From a bacterium (GTDB lineage: Bacteria > RBG-13-66-14 > B26-G2 > WVWN01), in contig DATKVX010000007.1 in the NCBI GenBank assembly GCA_035529855.1, positions 5,603-69,602 on the forward strand: a DNA stretch of 64,000 nucleotides, read 5' to 3'. This document shows positions 9,792 to 19,795 of the stretch, piece after piece; position 1 is the first letter of the stretch, and every line of letters starts with the position of its first letter. Made by a program: the position numbers and the translations under genes. The notes under the pieces were generated by a model. That model was given only the letters and a program-made list of their open reading frames with translations. It was not told where the DNA came from and ran no database searches.

Positions 9792-9978
9792 AACCGGGCC
9801 TTCGTCGGGCCCGTTTCAACGTGCGTCCGAAACAGGTTATTTTTTATCGTCCCCCAGCCGGCGCCAAAAGCGAGCTTTCGTAGGCTTGCCGTCGTTTCGC
9901 CGACCCGGCAGCCGGGCGAGCAGGAAGGCCGCCGCGGCCGCGAGCAACCCCAGAAAAGAACGCCTGCTTACCCCCTTT

Positions 9979-10800
9979 TTATCGACCGCGTCCATCGCTT
10001 TCGGTGCCGATTTTTCCTACGCTTTTAACCGGTATCGTAAACCGAAAAGTCGAGCCGCGACCGGCGCGCGACGTGAACGACATCTCGCCGCCGTGGAGCT
10101 CGACGATATTTTTGGCTATGACGAGCCCCAGGCCGGTGCCGGCGATTTTCCGCTGGCGCACCTCCGGCGCGCGATAGAAGCGCGTGAACACTTTGGCGAA
10201 GTCCGCTTTCGGGATGCCGGTCCCGGTATCGGCGACGGCGACGCGGAGGTTCCCTTCTCGAGCCGATAACGATACGTCGACTTCGCCGCCCGGTTTATTG
10301 TATTTCACGGCGTTGGATACTAAATTCGCGATGACTCTCGTTATTAGTTCGGGGTCGCATTCGACCTTAGGTAATTCGCCCTCGGCCTGCACCGGGTTTA
10401 ACTTGACCTTAAAAACCTTGGCGCGCGGTTCGTACTCGGCGAGCGCGTCCCGGCACAGCGCGGCGACGTCGACGACGTCGTAGTTTAGCTCGATCTCGCG
10501 CCCCTCGAGAGCCGTAAGCTCGAGCATCTCGTCGAGCATCTGGTTCAAACGGGCGAGGCTGACCTCCACTATGTCGAAGAACTCGCGCTTTTTAGGGTCG
10601 AGGTAAGGCCGGAGTTCGTCTTCCAGGATGTCGACGGCGCCGGCCAAGGCCGTCAGCGGGTTGCGGAACTCGTGAACCAGCGTGAGTAGGTAGTCGTAGC
10701 GCCGCTCTTCGTCGGGGCATACGGTTTCTACCGGCAACGCCCCCGTGGTTCCCCGGGCGGTGGCCGTTTCGGTCGGGTCATCTTTGAGCTTTTCGGACAT
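9979..10800 (-). CDS. Soluble histidine kinase (HisKA + HATPase_c, no obvious sensor or TM domain)
   Basis: H-box HEFRNPLTAL, N-box NLVSNAVKY and G-boxes DTGTGIP / GTGLGL. Only about 40 aa precede the H-box. Confidence 0.85.
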   Translation of the reverse strand: MSEKLKDDPTETATARGTTGALPVETVCPDEERRYDYLLTLVHEFRNPLTALAGAVDILEDELRPYLDPKKREFFDIVEVSLARLNQMLDEMLELTALEGREIELNYDVVDVAALCRDALAEYEPRAKVFKVKLNPVQAEGELPKVECDPELITRVIANLVSNAVKYNKPGGEVDVSLSAREGNLRVAVADTGTGIPKADFAKVFTRFYRAPEVRQRKIAGTGLGLVIAKNIVELHGGEMSFTSRAGRGSTFRFTIPVKSVGKIGTESDGRGR

Positions 10801-10841
10801 AACGGCGCCTTTTCGGCGTTTAAACCTTTTTACCGTTTGAC

Positions 10842-10850
10842 ATTATAACA
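10842..10850 (-). promoter_or_regulatory. Extended -10 promoter (TGtTATAAT) for the histidine kinase gene
   Basis: The minus strand reads TGTTATAAT at 10850..10842, immediately after the upstream terminator T-run and about 40 nt upstream of ATG 10800. Confidence 0.5.
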
Positions 10851-10880
10851 AAAAAAAGGCGCCGCGCCAAACGCGGCGCC
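10850..10880 (-). terminator. Rho-independent terminator after the CreD-like gene
   Basis: Perfect 9-bp GC stem (10858-10866 pairs with 10872-10880), a 5-nt loop, then a run of 8 T on the minus strand (10857..10850). Confidence 0.8.
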
Positions 10881-10886
10881 CTTATT

Positions 10887-12134
10887 TCAGCTGCGCTTAG
10901 CGCCGAACTTGGCCGCCCAATCGACGCGAGCCGTCGCGAACATGAGTACCGCCAACGTGGCGACGGCGCCGACCGTTATGATGAGGCCCGTGTATCCCGG
11001 GTAGAAGAAGGCGTACGAGAACAGCACCAGGAACATGAGCTGCGGGAACGTCGCGTACGCGACGGCGTAACGCGCGCCGCGCGCCATCGCGACGTAAATG
11101 AAGACCAACGCGCACGAGACCAGGGTCGACGCCAGGAACGTCAGATGTATGCCTACGTGGTCGGCGAGGTACGCGAAGAGGAGATGGAAAGCGAAGAACG
11201 CCGCCGCCAGGAAGAAGTAATTCATCGGGTGGAGGGGCGGGGTTTTATCCGCTTTGACCGCGGATATTATGAACAGGACCGTGAAGAAGAATAAGAGCGA
11301 GATCGGCGCGAAAAACGACATCCGGCTGGCGATGGGGCCCGGGTTAAGTTTCTTGGGCATCTCGACGCCGAGCTGGTAGCCGGTAACCAGGTCTTTGTAC
11401 TGCCACGTCAGGCGCCACCCGTCGGCCGTCTTCTCCTTGGCGGTGGGGGAGACGCACCCCTCCGGGAAGTCCACGTCGTCGAAGTCGGTACGCGCGTTGA
11501 GGGTGAAGTCCCGGACGCGCGAGACGCCGTCGGCGAAGGAGTAAACCCAACGGTCGAGGCCGGGCGATTTGTAGCCGATTACGACGTCCGCCGTTTCACC
11601 CGGGGCGACCTCGAAGGAGGCCGTGATGCTGTCGGCGGCGTTGGGCGGGAATTCGACCTCTTCGTTTTTAGCGCGAAACGTGAAGTCGTCGTAGAGGGCG
11701 TTCGTCGCCGGGAAGGAGAAATCGACGAAGACCGTGCGCGGGGCCGACGTATCGTTTTCGACGTTGTACTCGGCGCGGTAGTCGACGACGTACGTGCTGA
11801 ACCATAAGAGGCCCTTCTTCCGGTGTTCCAATTTTAAGTCGACGTCGACTTTCGTGCCGGTCGGCTCGACGAAAACCGGTTCCTCGACTACTTTCTTTTC
11901 GACCTTGCCCGGTTTCTCGCCTTCGGCGGCTTCGACCTCGACTTCGCGCGCTACCAGGTAGTAGAAGCGGGGGGCGCGTTGGCGTTGCTCCGTACCCCAG
12001 AGCTGGCCTACGGCGTCCGCGCCGAATTCTTTCGCTTTGTCGGTCCGGTGTACGAGGGTTCCGCCGAGGACGACCCATGCTACGACCGAGCAGAAGAAGA
12101 TGAATATTATGGCGATGGTCCTGAGTACGGTCAT
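10887..12134 (-). CDS. CreD-family inner membrane protein
   Basis: N-terminal TM segment, large central domain and C-terminal TM bundle. LHPMNYFFLA..FHLLFAYLADHVG and MFATARVDW match E. coli CreD motifs as recalled. AAGGAGG lies upstream of the ATG. Confidence 0.7.
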   Translation of the reverse strand: MTVLRTIAIIFIFFCSVVAWVVLGGTLVHRTDKAKEFGADAVGQLWGTEQRQRAPRFYYLVAREVEVEAAEGEKPGKVEKKVVEEPVFVEPTGTKVDVDLKLEHRKKGLLWFSTYVVDYRAEYNVENDTSAPRTVFVDFSFPATNALYDDFTFRAKNEEVEFPPNAADSITASFEVAPGETADVVIGYKSPGLDRWVYSFADGVSRVRDFTLNARTDFDDVDFPEGCVSPTAKEKTADGWRLTWQYKDLVTGYQLGVEMPKKLNPGPIASRMSFFAPISLLFFFTVLFIISAVKADKTPPLHPMNYFFLAAAFFAFHLLFAYLADHVGIHLTFLASTLVSCALVFIYVAMARGARYAVAYATFPQLMFLVLFSYAFFYPGYTGLIITVGAVATLAVLMFATARVDWAAKFGAKRS

Positions 12135-12173
12135 AGGTACGACCTCCTTACGGCCTATTATTGATTTCGGATA

Positions 12174-13724
12174 TTAGTGGTCCGCTCGGCGTCGCCGTGA
12201 CAGCCAATATTGCTTCGCGACGCTGAATAGCGTCCAGCCGCAGATAAGGGCCGCGGCCGCCGCGACTACGTAAGCGAACCAATCGCCGTGGCGGGCGTAA
12301 AATGTGAGGTATTGGCGGTGGTATACGTCGTCCGTCAGCTGGTTGCGGATGTAGATTTTCGACTTACGTACGACGCGGCCGTTGGGGTCTATGAAACAGG
12401 TTACGCCCGTATTGGCGGCGCGGACGTACCAGCTGCGGTTCTCGACGGCGCGGAAGACGGCGGATGATAACGTTTGGTAGGGCGCGTTGGTCCGGCCGAA
12501 CCAGGCTTCGTTGGTGATGTTGACGAGGAAGTCCGCGCCCCGCCGCGCGTACGCTCGCGATATGTCGGGAAAGACCGCCTCGTAGCATATAAGGCAGCCC
12601 AGCTCGTAACCGGAGGGCCGGATGACTTCCCAGCCCGGGCCGGGGGTGAAGTCGCCGGAGTCGGCGAAGAGGGTCTCGGTAACGGCCGGCACGTCCGCTT
12701 CCCACGGAATATGTTCGCCGAACGGCACCAGGCGGACTTTGGCGTAGCGGCCTGCTACGGCTCGAGCGGGCGTGATGAGCGCGGCGGCGTTATAGCGGTA
12801 ATGGTCGCGGCCGCGGACGACGTTCGGCCTCGGCTGCCGCTCGACGGTTCCGGTGAGGAGGTCGACCGATAAATCCGCGGCGACGTCGTAGACTACTTCC
12901 CGGTAGAACGGGTCCTCGAAGAGGTAGAACGGCGTCGCCGTCTCGGGCCAGATTATCAACGTCGCGCCTTCGCGCTTCGCCTCGTAGCTCAAGTCCACGA
13001 GTACCTGCATCGTCTGGTCGCGGTACGCCGGGTCCCACTTGACGTCTTGGTCGATGTTGGGTTGGAGGACCGCGACGCGGATGGGTTGTCCCTCGTCGGG
13101 CGTGACGCGGGCGAGCGCGCCGTAGAGGCAAAGCGCGCCCAACAGCGCCGCCGTGGCGCCGCCGGCGCGCAGCCACGTCGCGACATGGCGGCGGTTTTTA
13201 AGGATATAATATACGAGGACGTTGACGGCGACGACTACGAGCGACACGGGCCAGGCCCCGGCGACGTCGGCGACTTGTATCAGCAGGTTCCATTTATATT
13301 GCGTATGGGCCAGCAAGCCCCAGGGGAAGGCGAGATAACCGACCGAGCGAAGCCATTCGACGGCGACCCAAAGCACCGGCGCGCAAATCAGCGCCGGCAG
13401 CCGGCCGTACCGCCGGGCCGCGACGTACAGGAGGCCGAAGAGCGCCTGGTATAGAGCTAGGTAGATGACGGCGCATATGAACCCGGCCGTCGTCGCCGGC
13501 GACAGCCAGTATAGGAGGAAGACGTTCCAGTGCAGGCCGAAGACGTAACCCAGCCACGCGCCCTGGCGGACGTTTAACCCCTCGAAGGCGACGAGCAGTG
13601 GCACGAGCGCGACGAACGCCAACGCCTCGACGTCGAAGCGCGGGAACGCGAGCGTGAGGACCGCCGCGGCGAAGATCGCCAGCAGGAAGTCGCGGCTCGA
13701 GAGTTTACGTCTTTGTTGGGTCAC
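12174..13724 (-). CDS. lnt: Apolipoprotein N-acyltransferase
   Basis: Polytopic N-terminal half plus a CN-hydrolase domain (IIWPETA, LICYEAVFP). GTG start. Confidence 0.85.
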   Translation of the reverse strand: MTQQRRKLSSRDFLLAIFAAAVLTLAFPRFDVEALAFVALVPLLVAFEGLNVRQGAWLGYVFGLHWNVFLLYWLSPATTAGFICAVIYLALYQALFGLLYVAARRYGRLPALICAPVLWVAVEWLRSVGYLAFPWGLLAHTQYKWNLLIQVADVAGAWPVSLVVVAVNVLVYYILKNRRHVATWLRAGGATAALLGALCLYGALARVTPDEGQPIRVAVLQPNIDQDVKWDPAYRDQTMQVLVDLSYEAKREGATLIIWPETATPFYLFEDPFYREVVYDVAADLSVDLLTGTVERQPRPNVVRGRDHYRYNAAALITPARAVAGRYAKVRLVPFGEHIPWEADVPAVTETLFADSGDFTPGPGWEVIRPSGYELGCLICYEAVFPDISRAYARRGADFLVNITNEAWFGRTNAPYQTLSSAVFRAVENRSWYVRAANTGVTCFIDPNGRVVRKSKIYIRNQLTDDVYHRQYLTFYARHGDWFAYVVAAAAALICGWTLFSVAKQYWLSRRRRADH

Positions 13725-13818
13725 GTTTGGCCGGTCTTTAAGTATACGTATTTATACCAGAAAAAAGCCTACCCGTAAACCTTAGTTATAGGTATGCGTG
13801 CGCCCGCGTAGTCCTCTC

Positions 13819-13847
13819 TTGACACGCGGCCGCGTTTGAGTTATATA
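13819..13847 (+). promoter_or_regulatory. sigma70 promoter for tRNA-Glu (TTGACA-17-TATATA)
   Basis: TTGACA at 13819-13824, a 17-nt spacer and TATATA at 13842-13847, about 8 nt before the tRNA 5' end. Confidence 0.7.
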
Positions 13848-13855
13848 AAGAGCGT

Positions 13856-13927
13856 GGCGCTATCGTCTAGGGGTTAGGATAGGTGGTTCTCAGCCATCAG
13901 ACCGGGGTTCGAATCCCCGTAGCGCTA
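13856..13927 (+). tRNA. tRNA-Glu (anticodon CTC)
   Basis: I folded a cloverleaf by hand. Acceptor GGCGCTA/TAGCGCT, anticodon stem GGTGG/CCATC with loop TTCTCAG, T-arm CGGGG-TTCGAAT-CCCCG. The D-arm TCGTCTAGGGGTTAGGA resembles E. coli tRNA-Glu. No CCA is encoded. Confidence 0.85.
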
Positions 13928-13930
13928 ACG

Positions 13931-13955
13931 GCCTCCGCTCGAGGGGGCTTTTTTT
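13931..13955 (+). terminator. Rho-independent terminator after tRNA-Glu
   Basis: GCCTCC-gctcga-GGGGGC hairpin followed by 7 T. Confidence 0.75.
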
Positions 13956-14030
13956 AGGAGCCGCGGCGTGGGCTCGGGTTTTAAAAGCCGTCCGACCCCG
14001 GCATTTCGGGGGGAGGGCGGGCGTTAACGC

Positions 14031-14059
14031 TTGACAGCTTGGCCTACATAGGCTATAAA
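14031..14059 (+). promoter_or_regulatory. sigma70 promoter (TTGACA-17-TATAAA) for the GT39-TPR gene
   Basis: TTGACA at 14031-14036, a 17-nt spacer and TATAAA at 14054-14059. Confidence 0.6.
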
Positions 14060-14117
14060 AGCTGGTGGTAATGGCAACGGCCCCCGCGAGGGGCTTCAAT
14101 TTTACGGGAGTTTGCGC

Positions 14118-16241
14118 GTGAATCCCAAATTTAAGGATTGGGTAGTGAAAAACCGTTGGCCGTTAGCGTTGGCGGCCGCGACGTTGGCGACGCGAGCCGT
14201 GTACCTGGCGACCGTGGTACAGGACCCGTTCTTCGGCTACCTCCGTCATATACCCGACGCATTTTTCTTCAACAACTGGGCGCAGGCGATAGCGTCGGGG
14301 GATTGGCTTGGCGGGGAGGAGGTATTCTTCATCGGGCCGCTGTACGCGTACTTTTTGGGGATAATCTACCGACTCATCGGGCCGCACTTGACGGTGGTGC
14401 GTTTCGTGCATATCGGGTTGGAGGTGGGGTCGGCGCTGTTCATCTACGGGTTCGCGCGGCGGGCGCTGGGGGAGAGGGCGGCGAAGGTGGCGGGGGCGAT
14501 ATGGGCGCTGTACCTTCCGGCGATATTTTTCAGCTCGTTCGTGCTGCCGGTGTCGCTGGACGTATTTTTGATAACGGGCTCGTTTTATCTGTTGGCGCGC
14601 GGGGTGGAGGGTCGGTGGGGGAATTTCGCGGGGGCGGGGGCGCTGCTGGGTTTGGCGATTTTGGACCGTACGAACCTGCTGGTCTTCGTCGCGGCGGCGG
14701 TACCGCTTTTCTTAATCTACGTAAAGCGGTTGGGGTGGCGACGAATCGGGGCCTACTTCGCGCCGATAGCGGTAATAGTGTTGGTGGTGACGCTGCGGAA
14801 CGGCGTGGTGGGCGGCGATTTCGTTCCGATCTCGTCGCAGGGAGGGCTTAACTTCTACCTCGGCAACTCGCCCGGCGCCACCGGCGTATATTGGAACCTG
14901 GGCGAGGTGTATCAAGGCAGGCCCGCCGAGCTAAATAAGGACCTCGCTACCCTCCTGGCGGAGGAGTACGGGGGCGGCGAGATGAAACCCTCCGAGGTTT
15001 CACGGTGGTGGTTATCGGAAGGCTTGACGTGGCTCCGGCGCTACCCGGCGGACGCGGCGAGGTTGTACTGGCGCAAATTACGATTTCTCTTTAACGATTA
15101 CGAAGTAAGCCTGAACGTCGACTTCTATTTTATGAAGTTCATTTCGCCGTTGCACCGCGTACAGGTTCCTTGGTTCGGGTTCGTGTTGCCGTTCGGGGTT
15201 ATCGGCTTAGCGGTGGGGTGGCGCGGGTCGGGTTTCGCTCGGACCGCGGGTGCGCTCTTCGTAATAACGTACGCGTTATCGGTTCTGGTTTTCTTCATTT
15301 CGGCGCGCTACCGGTTGCCGATGGTCCCTATGCTCATAACTTTCGCCGGCGCCGGCCTTGTGCGGTGGTACGACCTTTGGCGGCGTTGGCGGTGGCGGCC
15401 TGCCGCGGCGTTGACGGCGGCCGCGGTTGCGTTGGGCGCTTTAGTGATGTGGCCTCCGCCCGATATTAGGCGGGATAATGCTTTCGGCCAGACCTATTAT
15501 CGTTACGGTAAATATTATTTCGACGAGGGCGAGTGTGAGATGGCGGTGTCGTACTTGAAAAAGGCTACCGAGCTTACGCCGGAAATGTACCAGGGCTTCA
15601 TAATGCTCGGCGTCACGTACGAACGCTTGGGCCAGCTCGACACGGCCGTTGAGACTTTTTGGCGCGGGACGGTGGTCGCCCCCCATAACGCGCAGATGCA
15701 CTACAACTTGGCGATCACTCTGATTCACGGTGGCGGTCTCGAGCAGGCGTTGCCGTCGCTGCACCGCGCGGTCGAGCTCGAGCCGGGGTACGCCGAGGCC
15801 TGGACGCAGTTGGGCGAAGTATATATCGGCTTGCGTGATTTCCGGCGGGCCGAACTGGCGTACCGCCGCGTCGTGGAATTGTTGCCGGGCGACGCGGCCG
15901 TCTTACATAGGCATGCGGAGCTGGAATTGCAAATAGGGCGGGTTGGGGAGGCGCTGAAGTACGCGCAGGCGGCGATGGAAGCGAATCCTAACCTGCCGGG
16001 CCCGGGCCTAATCATCGGACGGGTTTATTACAACAACGGCGACTACCTGGGCGCGCTGAAGTATTTCGAGAGAGAGGTCGAGCTCCAGCCGACGTCGCCG
16101 GAGGTCTTCGGCTTTTTGGCGGCGTCGTACGGCAAGGTGGGGGAGATCGAGCGGGCGCGCGCGGCCTATCGGAATTATTTATCCCTGGGCGGCGCCCGCG
16201 ACCCGGCCTTTGAACGCGACGCCGGCGTGTCTTTCGAGTAG
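14118..16241 (+). CDS. ArnT/PMT-like (GT39/GT83-type) membrane glycosyltransferase fused to C-terminal TPR repeats
   Basis: About 450 aa of polytopic membrane domain, then TPR repeats (YYRYGKYYFDEGE..., AEAWTQLGEVY...). The track ORF starts at TTG 14112. GTG 14118 is better spaced from GGGAG. Confidence 0.7.
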   Translation: MNPKFKDWVVKNRWPLALAAATLATRAVYLATVVQDPFFGYLRHIPDAFFFNNWAQAIASGDWLGGEEVFFIGPLYAYFLGIIYRLIGPHLTVVRFVHIGLEVGSALFIYGFARRALGERAAKVAGAIWALYLPAIFFSSFVLPVSLDVFLITGSFYLLARGVEGRWGNFAGAGALLGLAILDRTNLLVFVAAAVPLFLIYVKRLGWRRIGAYFAPIAVIVLVVTLRNGVVGGDFVPISSQGGLNFYLGNSPGATGVYWNLGEVYQGRPAELNKDLATLLAEEYGGGEMKPSEVSRWWLSEGLTWLRRYPADAARLYWRKLRFLFNDYEVSLNVDFYFMKFISPLHRVQVPWFGFVLPFGVIGLAVGWRGSGFARTAGALFVITYALSVLVFFISARYRLPMVPMLITFAGAGLVRWYDLWRRWRWRPAAALTAAAVALGALVMWPPPDIRRDNAFGQTYYRYGKYYFDEGECEMAVSYLKKATELTPEMYQGFIMLGVTYERLGQLDTAVETFWRGTVVAPHNAQMHYNLAITLIHGGGLEQALPSLHRAVELEPGYAEAWTQLGEVYIGLRDFRRAELAYRRVVELLPGDAAVLHRHAELELQIGRVGEALKYAQAAMEANPNLPGPGLIIGRVYYNNGDYLGALKYFEREVELQPTSPEVFGFLAASYGKVGEIERARAAYRNYLSLGGARDPAFERDAGVSFE

Positions 16242-16259
16242 GGTAAGGGTATAAATTTT

Positions 16260-16290
16260 AAGCCGCGGCCTTGCTAGCCGCGGCTTTTTT
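16260..16290. terminator. Bidirectional hairpin terminator between convergent genes
   Basis: AAGCCGCGGC-cttgcta-GCCGCGGCTT followed by a T-run. It overlaps the last codons of the minus-strand HIT gene. Confidence 0.6.
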
Positions 16291-16789
16291 CGAGGGCTTT
16301 TTCGAAAGCGCCCCGCAGCCGCCGTCGCGTTTCGACCGGGTCCTCGATAACGATTTTCGTACCGGAAAGGATGTCCACGACGCCCAGTTCCCGCGGGTAC
16401 CGCGGGACGATGTGGAGGTGGAGGTGGGCGATGGAAGCCCCCGCGGCCGCGCCGACGTTGTAGCCGACGTTGAAGCCGCCGGGGTCGTATTCGCCCGAGA
16501 TAACGTCGAGGGCCAAGTTCTGCAGCCGCGCGAGGTGGGCGTGCTCTTCGGCGTCGAGCTCCCGCGGGTCTTCCACGTGGCGGGATGGGAAAATCATCAG
16601 GTGGCCCGGGTTATAAGGGTAGAGGTTGAGCGTAATTATGAAACCGTTATCGCGCGCGAGCTCCAGGTTCGCGACGTCGCCCTCGCCCCGGGCGACGTCG
16701 CACAGGATGCACCGGCCCGAGGGGCGGCGGCCCCTTTTTTGGACGTATTCCGTTTTACCGGGGACGAAGAGGTTGGGCCGGTTCTCCAC
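16274..16789 (-). CDS. HIT (histidine triad) family nucleotide hydrolase/transferase
   Basis: HLHLHIVPR histidine triad and NLYPYNPGHLMI motif. Confidence 0.85.
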   Translation of the reverse strand: MENRPNLFVPGKTEYVQKRGRRPSGRCILCDVARGEGDVANLELARDNGFIITLNLYPYNPGHLMIFPSRHVEDPRELDAEEHAHLARLQNLALDVISGEYDPGGFNVGYNVGAAAGASIAHLHLHIVPRYPRELGVVDILSGTKIVIEDPVETRRRLRGAFEKALEKSRG

Positions 16790-16791
16790 CG

Positions 16792-17112
16792 TTATTGTTT
16801 GAAGCCTTCGGGCCCGCCGGGTTCGGGTCGCTGAGGGATCTTAATTTCGCCGAACTGGTCCTCGAAGCGCGAGACGTTCTCGGTGAGCGTGAGGAGGAAT
16901 TGTTTGGCGTGCAGCGGCGTCGTAATTATGCGGCTTATAATTTTAAAGCCGGCCCGCCCGGGTACGGCGCGGCCGAAGTCGAAGACGAATTCGGCCGGCG
17001 AAAAAACTATCTGGGCTACGTTGGCGTAGGTGCCGTCCGCCACCTCGTCGGCGATTTCGGGTTCGATTAACGGGCGTTCCGGTTCCGCTTTTTTCTTCTT
17101 TTCGTCGGCCAT
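16792..17112 (-). CDS. DUF3467 family protein
   Basis: YANVAQIVFSPAEFVFDFG matches the core of this family as I recall it. GGAGGG lies upstream of the ATG. Confidence 0.6.
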   Translation of the reverse strand: MADEKKKKAEPERPLIEPEIADEVADGTYANVAQIVFSPAEFVFDFGRAVPGRAGFKIISRIITTPLHAKQFLLTLTENVSRFEDQFGEIKIPQRPEPGGPEGFKQ

Positions 17113-17251
17113 AGTCCCTCCGGTGGGCGAGTACGCCGCGGCTCGAGCGGAGCGTTTTCCCGGATGCCGTTTCTACGAGCTGCGGGCGTTACGCCCTAGT
17201 TCGGCGCGGTATTGATGGGTGGGGGTTGAAATTCGAAACCTCGGCGTACGG

Positions 17252-19702
17252 TTAGCTTTGCTCGGCGCCGGTGAGTGTTTTTACGATTTCGAGGGAGAGT
17301 TGGTCGGTGTCGGCGCCGACGTCTATGGCTACCGTGTCGCCCGGGTTGATGTCCTCGCGGAGCAACTTTTCGACCAACGGGTCTTCCACGTATTTCTGTA
17401 TCGTGCGGCGGAGAGGCCTGGCGCCGAAAGTCGGGTCGTAACCTTTCTCCATCAGGAACTCGTTGGCGTCTTCGGTGAAGTAGAGCTCGAGCATGTGTTC
17501 CTCGAGCCGCGTTTTAAGCTCGTTGATCATGAGGGTTACGATGGCGCGCAAGTGCGTCTTTTCGAGCGGGTGGAAGACGATAACCTCGTCGACCCGGTTC
17601 AGGAATTCCGGGTTGAAGAGTTTTTTAACTTCGGTCATTACGGTCTTCTTGATTTCCCCGTACGTCGCCTCGCCGGGGGCGGCGCCGAACCCTATGCCCC
17701 CGCCGTCCTTGATTTGGCGAGCGCCGAGGTTCGACGTCATAATGATGACCGTATTACGGAAATCGACCGTGCGGCCGATGTTGTCCGTCAAGCGGCCGTC
17801 TTCCATAACTTGCAGAAGCACGTTGAATACGTCGGGGTGGGCTTTCTCGATCTCGTCGAGTAAAATGACGGAATAGGGTTTACGGCGGACGCGTTCGGTT
17901 AATTGGCCCCCCTCCTCGTAGCCGACGTAACCCGGCGGCGCGCCGACGAGCCGCGAAACGGTATGCTTCTCCATATACTCCGACATATCGACGCGGATAA
18001 TCGCGTCCTCGTCCTCGAACAGGAATTCGGCCAGCGCTTTGGCGAGCTCGGTCTTGCCGACGCCCGTCGGGCCGAGGAAGATGAAGGAGCCGATAGGCCG
18101 CTTGAGGTCTTTGACGCCCAGCCGACTGCGCCTTATGGCTCGCGTTACGACGCCGATGGCCTCGTCTTGGCCCACGACGCGTTTGTGGAGGTCGTCCTCC
18201 ATCCTCAGCAGCTTTTCGAACTCCTCCTGCTCGAGCCGGTCGACGGGTATTCCGGTGGTCTTGGATACGATGTAGGAGACGTCGTCCACGGTGAGGACGT
18301 TCTCTTCCTGTTCGGTAAGGGCGCGCCACCGCTCCTTGGCCTCTTCCACCTTCAGGCGGTATTCGCGCTCGCGGTCGCGGTAGCGGGCGGCGGTCTCGAA
18401 CTCCTGGCGCTCGATGGCCGCTTCCTTTTCGGTACGCATCTCGGCCATCTTGGCCTCCAGGTTGCGGATGTCGGGCGGCAGCGTCGAATGGCGCAGCCGT
18501 ACCATCGCACAGCCCTCGTCGATGACGTCGATGGCCTTATCGGGGAGGTAGCGGTCCGAGATGTACCTGTCGGCCAGCCGCGCCGCGGCGACGACGGCGT
18601 CGTCGGTTACCTTGACGTGGTGGTGTTCCTCGTACCGGTCCCGTAGCCCATGGATGATTTCGATGGTCTCCTCGACCGACGGGGCGTCCACCATTATGGT
18701 CTGGAACCGCCGCTCGAGCGCGCCGTCTTTTTCGATGTGCTTGCGGTATTCGGAGAGGGTGGTGGCGCCGATGCACTGGAGCTCGCCGCGCGCCAAAGCG
18801 GGTTTGAGCATGTTGGAGGCGTCGATGGCTCCCTCCGCGGCGCCGGCGCCGACGATGGTGTGGAGCTCGTCGATGAAGATGATGATGCCCTCGTTTTTGC
18901 GTATCTCCTCGACGACCATCCGCATCCGTTCCTCGAACTGACCGCGGTATTTGGTCCCCGCTACGACCGCGGCCAGGTCGAGGGTTAGCAGGCGCTTCCC
19001 GGTCAGTGCTTCCGGGACGTTGTTCTCGACGATGCGTTGGGCGAGCCCTTCCACGATGGCCGTCTTGCCTACCCCCGGTTCGCCGATAAGTGCGGGGTTG
19101 TTCTTCTTGCGGCGGCTTAAGATTTGGATGACGCGTTCGATTTCGTCTTCCCGTCCGATCACGGGGTCGAGCTCGCCGTCGCGGGCGAGTGCGGTGAGGT
19201 CCCGGCCGAACTCGTCGAGCACGGCCGTCTTCGATTTGCGGCGGCGCGCCCGCGTCGTCTTCTCGCCGGTACCCAGGCTCGAGATGACCTCGAGGCGAAG
19301 GTCGTCCGGGTCGACGTTGAGGTGGGTAAGGACCTTGACCGCGACGCTTTCGCCTTCCCGTATTATTCCCAGCAGAAGGTGTTCGGTACCCACGTAATTG
19401 TGATTGAGCAAGCCCGATTCTTCGACGGCGTGGCCGATGACGGATTTGGAGCGCGCCGTAAACGGGATGTCGCCCACGGTCCGCATGCCGCCGCCGGGCG
19501 CTACGAGTTTTTCGACCTGGCGCCGGATCATCTCCAGCGAAAGGCCGAACTTCCGCAGGACCGCCGCGGCGCCGCCGTCGCCTTCGCGAATAAGGCCCAG
19601 GAGGATGTGCTCCGTGCCGACCGCGTCGTGGTGGAGGCGCGTCGCCTCTTCTCGCGCGATGAGGATTACTTTTCTAGCTCGGGCGGTGAATTTATCTAAC
19701 AT
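17252..19702 (-). CDS. clpC: ATP-dependent Clp protease ATP-binding subunit ClpC
   Basis: Two Clp_N repeats, two AAA modules ([16 protein letters not shown]) and a UVR-like middle region. 816 aa. Confidence 0.9.
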   Translation of the reverse strand: MLDKFTARARKVILIAREEATRLHHDAVGTEHILLGLIREGDGGAAAVLRKFGLSLEMIRRQVEKLVAPGGGMRTVGDIPFTARSKSVIGHAVEESGLLNHNYVGTEHLLLGIIREGESVAVKVLTHLNVDPDDLRLEVISSLGTGEKTTRARRRKSKTAVLDEFGRDLTALARDGELDPVIGREDEIERVIQILSRRKKNNPALIGEPGVGKTAIVEGLAQRIVENNVPEALTGKRLLTLDLAAVVAGTKYRGQFEERMRMVVEEIRKNEGIIIFIDELHTIVGAGAAEGAIDASNMLKPALARGELQCIGATTLSEYRKHIEKDGALERRFQTIMVDAPSVEETIEIIHGLRDRYEEHHHVKVTDDAVVAAARLADRYISDRYLPDKAIDVIDEGCAMVRLRHSTLPPDIRNLEAKMAEMRTEKEAAIERQEFETAARYRDREREYRLKVEEAKERWRALTEQEENVLTVDDVSYIVSKTTGIPVDRLEQEEFEKLLRMEDDLHKRVVGQDEAIGVVTRAIRRSRLGVKDLKRPIGSFIFLGPTGVGKTELAKALAEFLFEDEDAIIRVDMSEYMEKHTVSRLVGAPPGYVGYEEGGQLTERVRRKPYSVILLDEIEKAHPDVFNVLLQVMEDGRLTDNIGRTVDFRNTVIIMTSNLGARQIKDGGGIGFGAAPGEATYGEIKKTVMTEVKKLFNPEFLNRVDEVIVFHPLEKTHLRAIVTLMINELKTRLEEHMLELYFTEDANEFLMEKGYDPTFGARPLRRTIQKYVEDPLVEKLLREDINPGDTVAIDVGADTDQLSLEIVKTLTGAEQS

Positions 19703-19763
19703 CTTCGTATAGGGTCAAAGGGGAGGGTTTCGGTTCGGTTTTCATTTTTACTTTTTACGACTT

Positions 19764-19792
19764 ATTATACCACTTTTCGAAAACCGCCGCAA
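19764..19792 (-). promoter_or_regulatory. Extended -10 promoter for clpC (TTGCGG-17-TGgTATAAT)
   Basis: On the minus strand, TGGTATAAT at 19772..19764 and TTGCGG at 19792..19787. Confidence 0.55.
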
Positions 19793-19795
19793 GGT

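Noticed and set aside
10836-10841. TTGACA hexamer on the plus strand between the kinase and CreD-like genes.
   Set aside because: Both flanking genes are on the minus strand and nothing downstream on the plus strand needs a promoter. The hexamer is just the complement context of the minus-strand TGTTATAAT element.
13725-14111. tRNA-Glu as a possible genomic-island integration site.
   Set aside because: There is no integrase, no direct repeat of the tRNA 3' end that I could find elsewhere in the window, and the flanking genes (lnt, GT39-TPR) look like core envelope genes.
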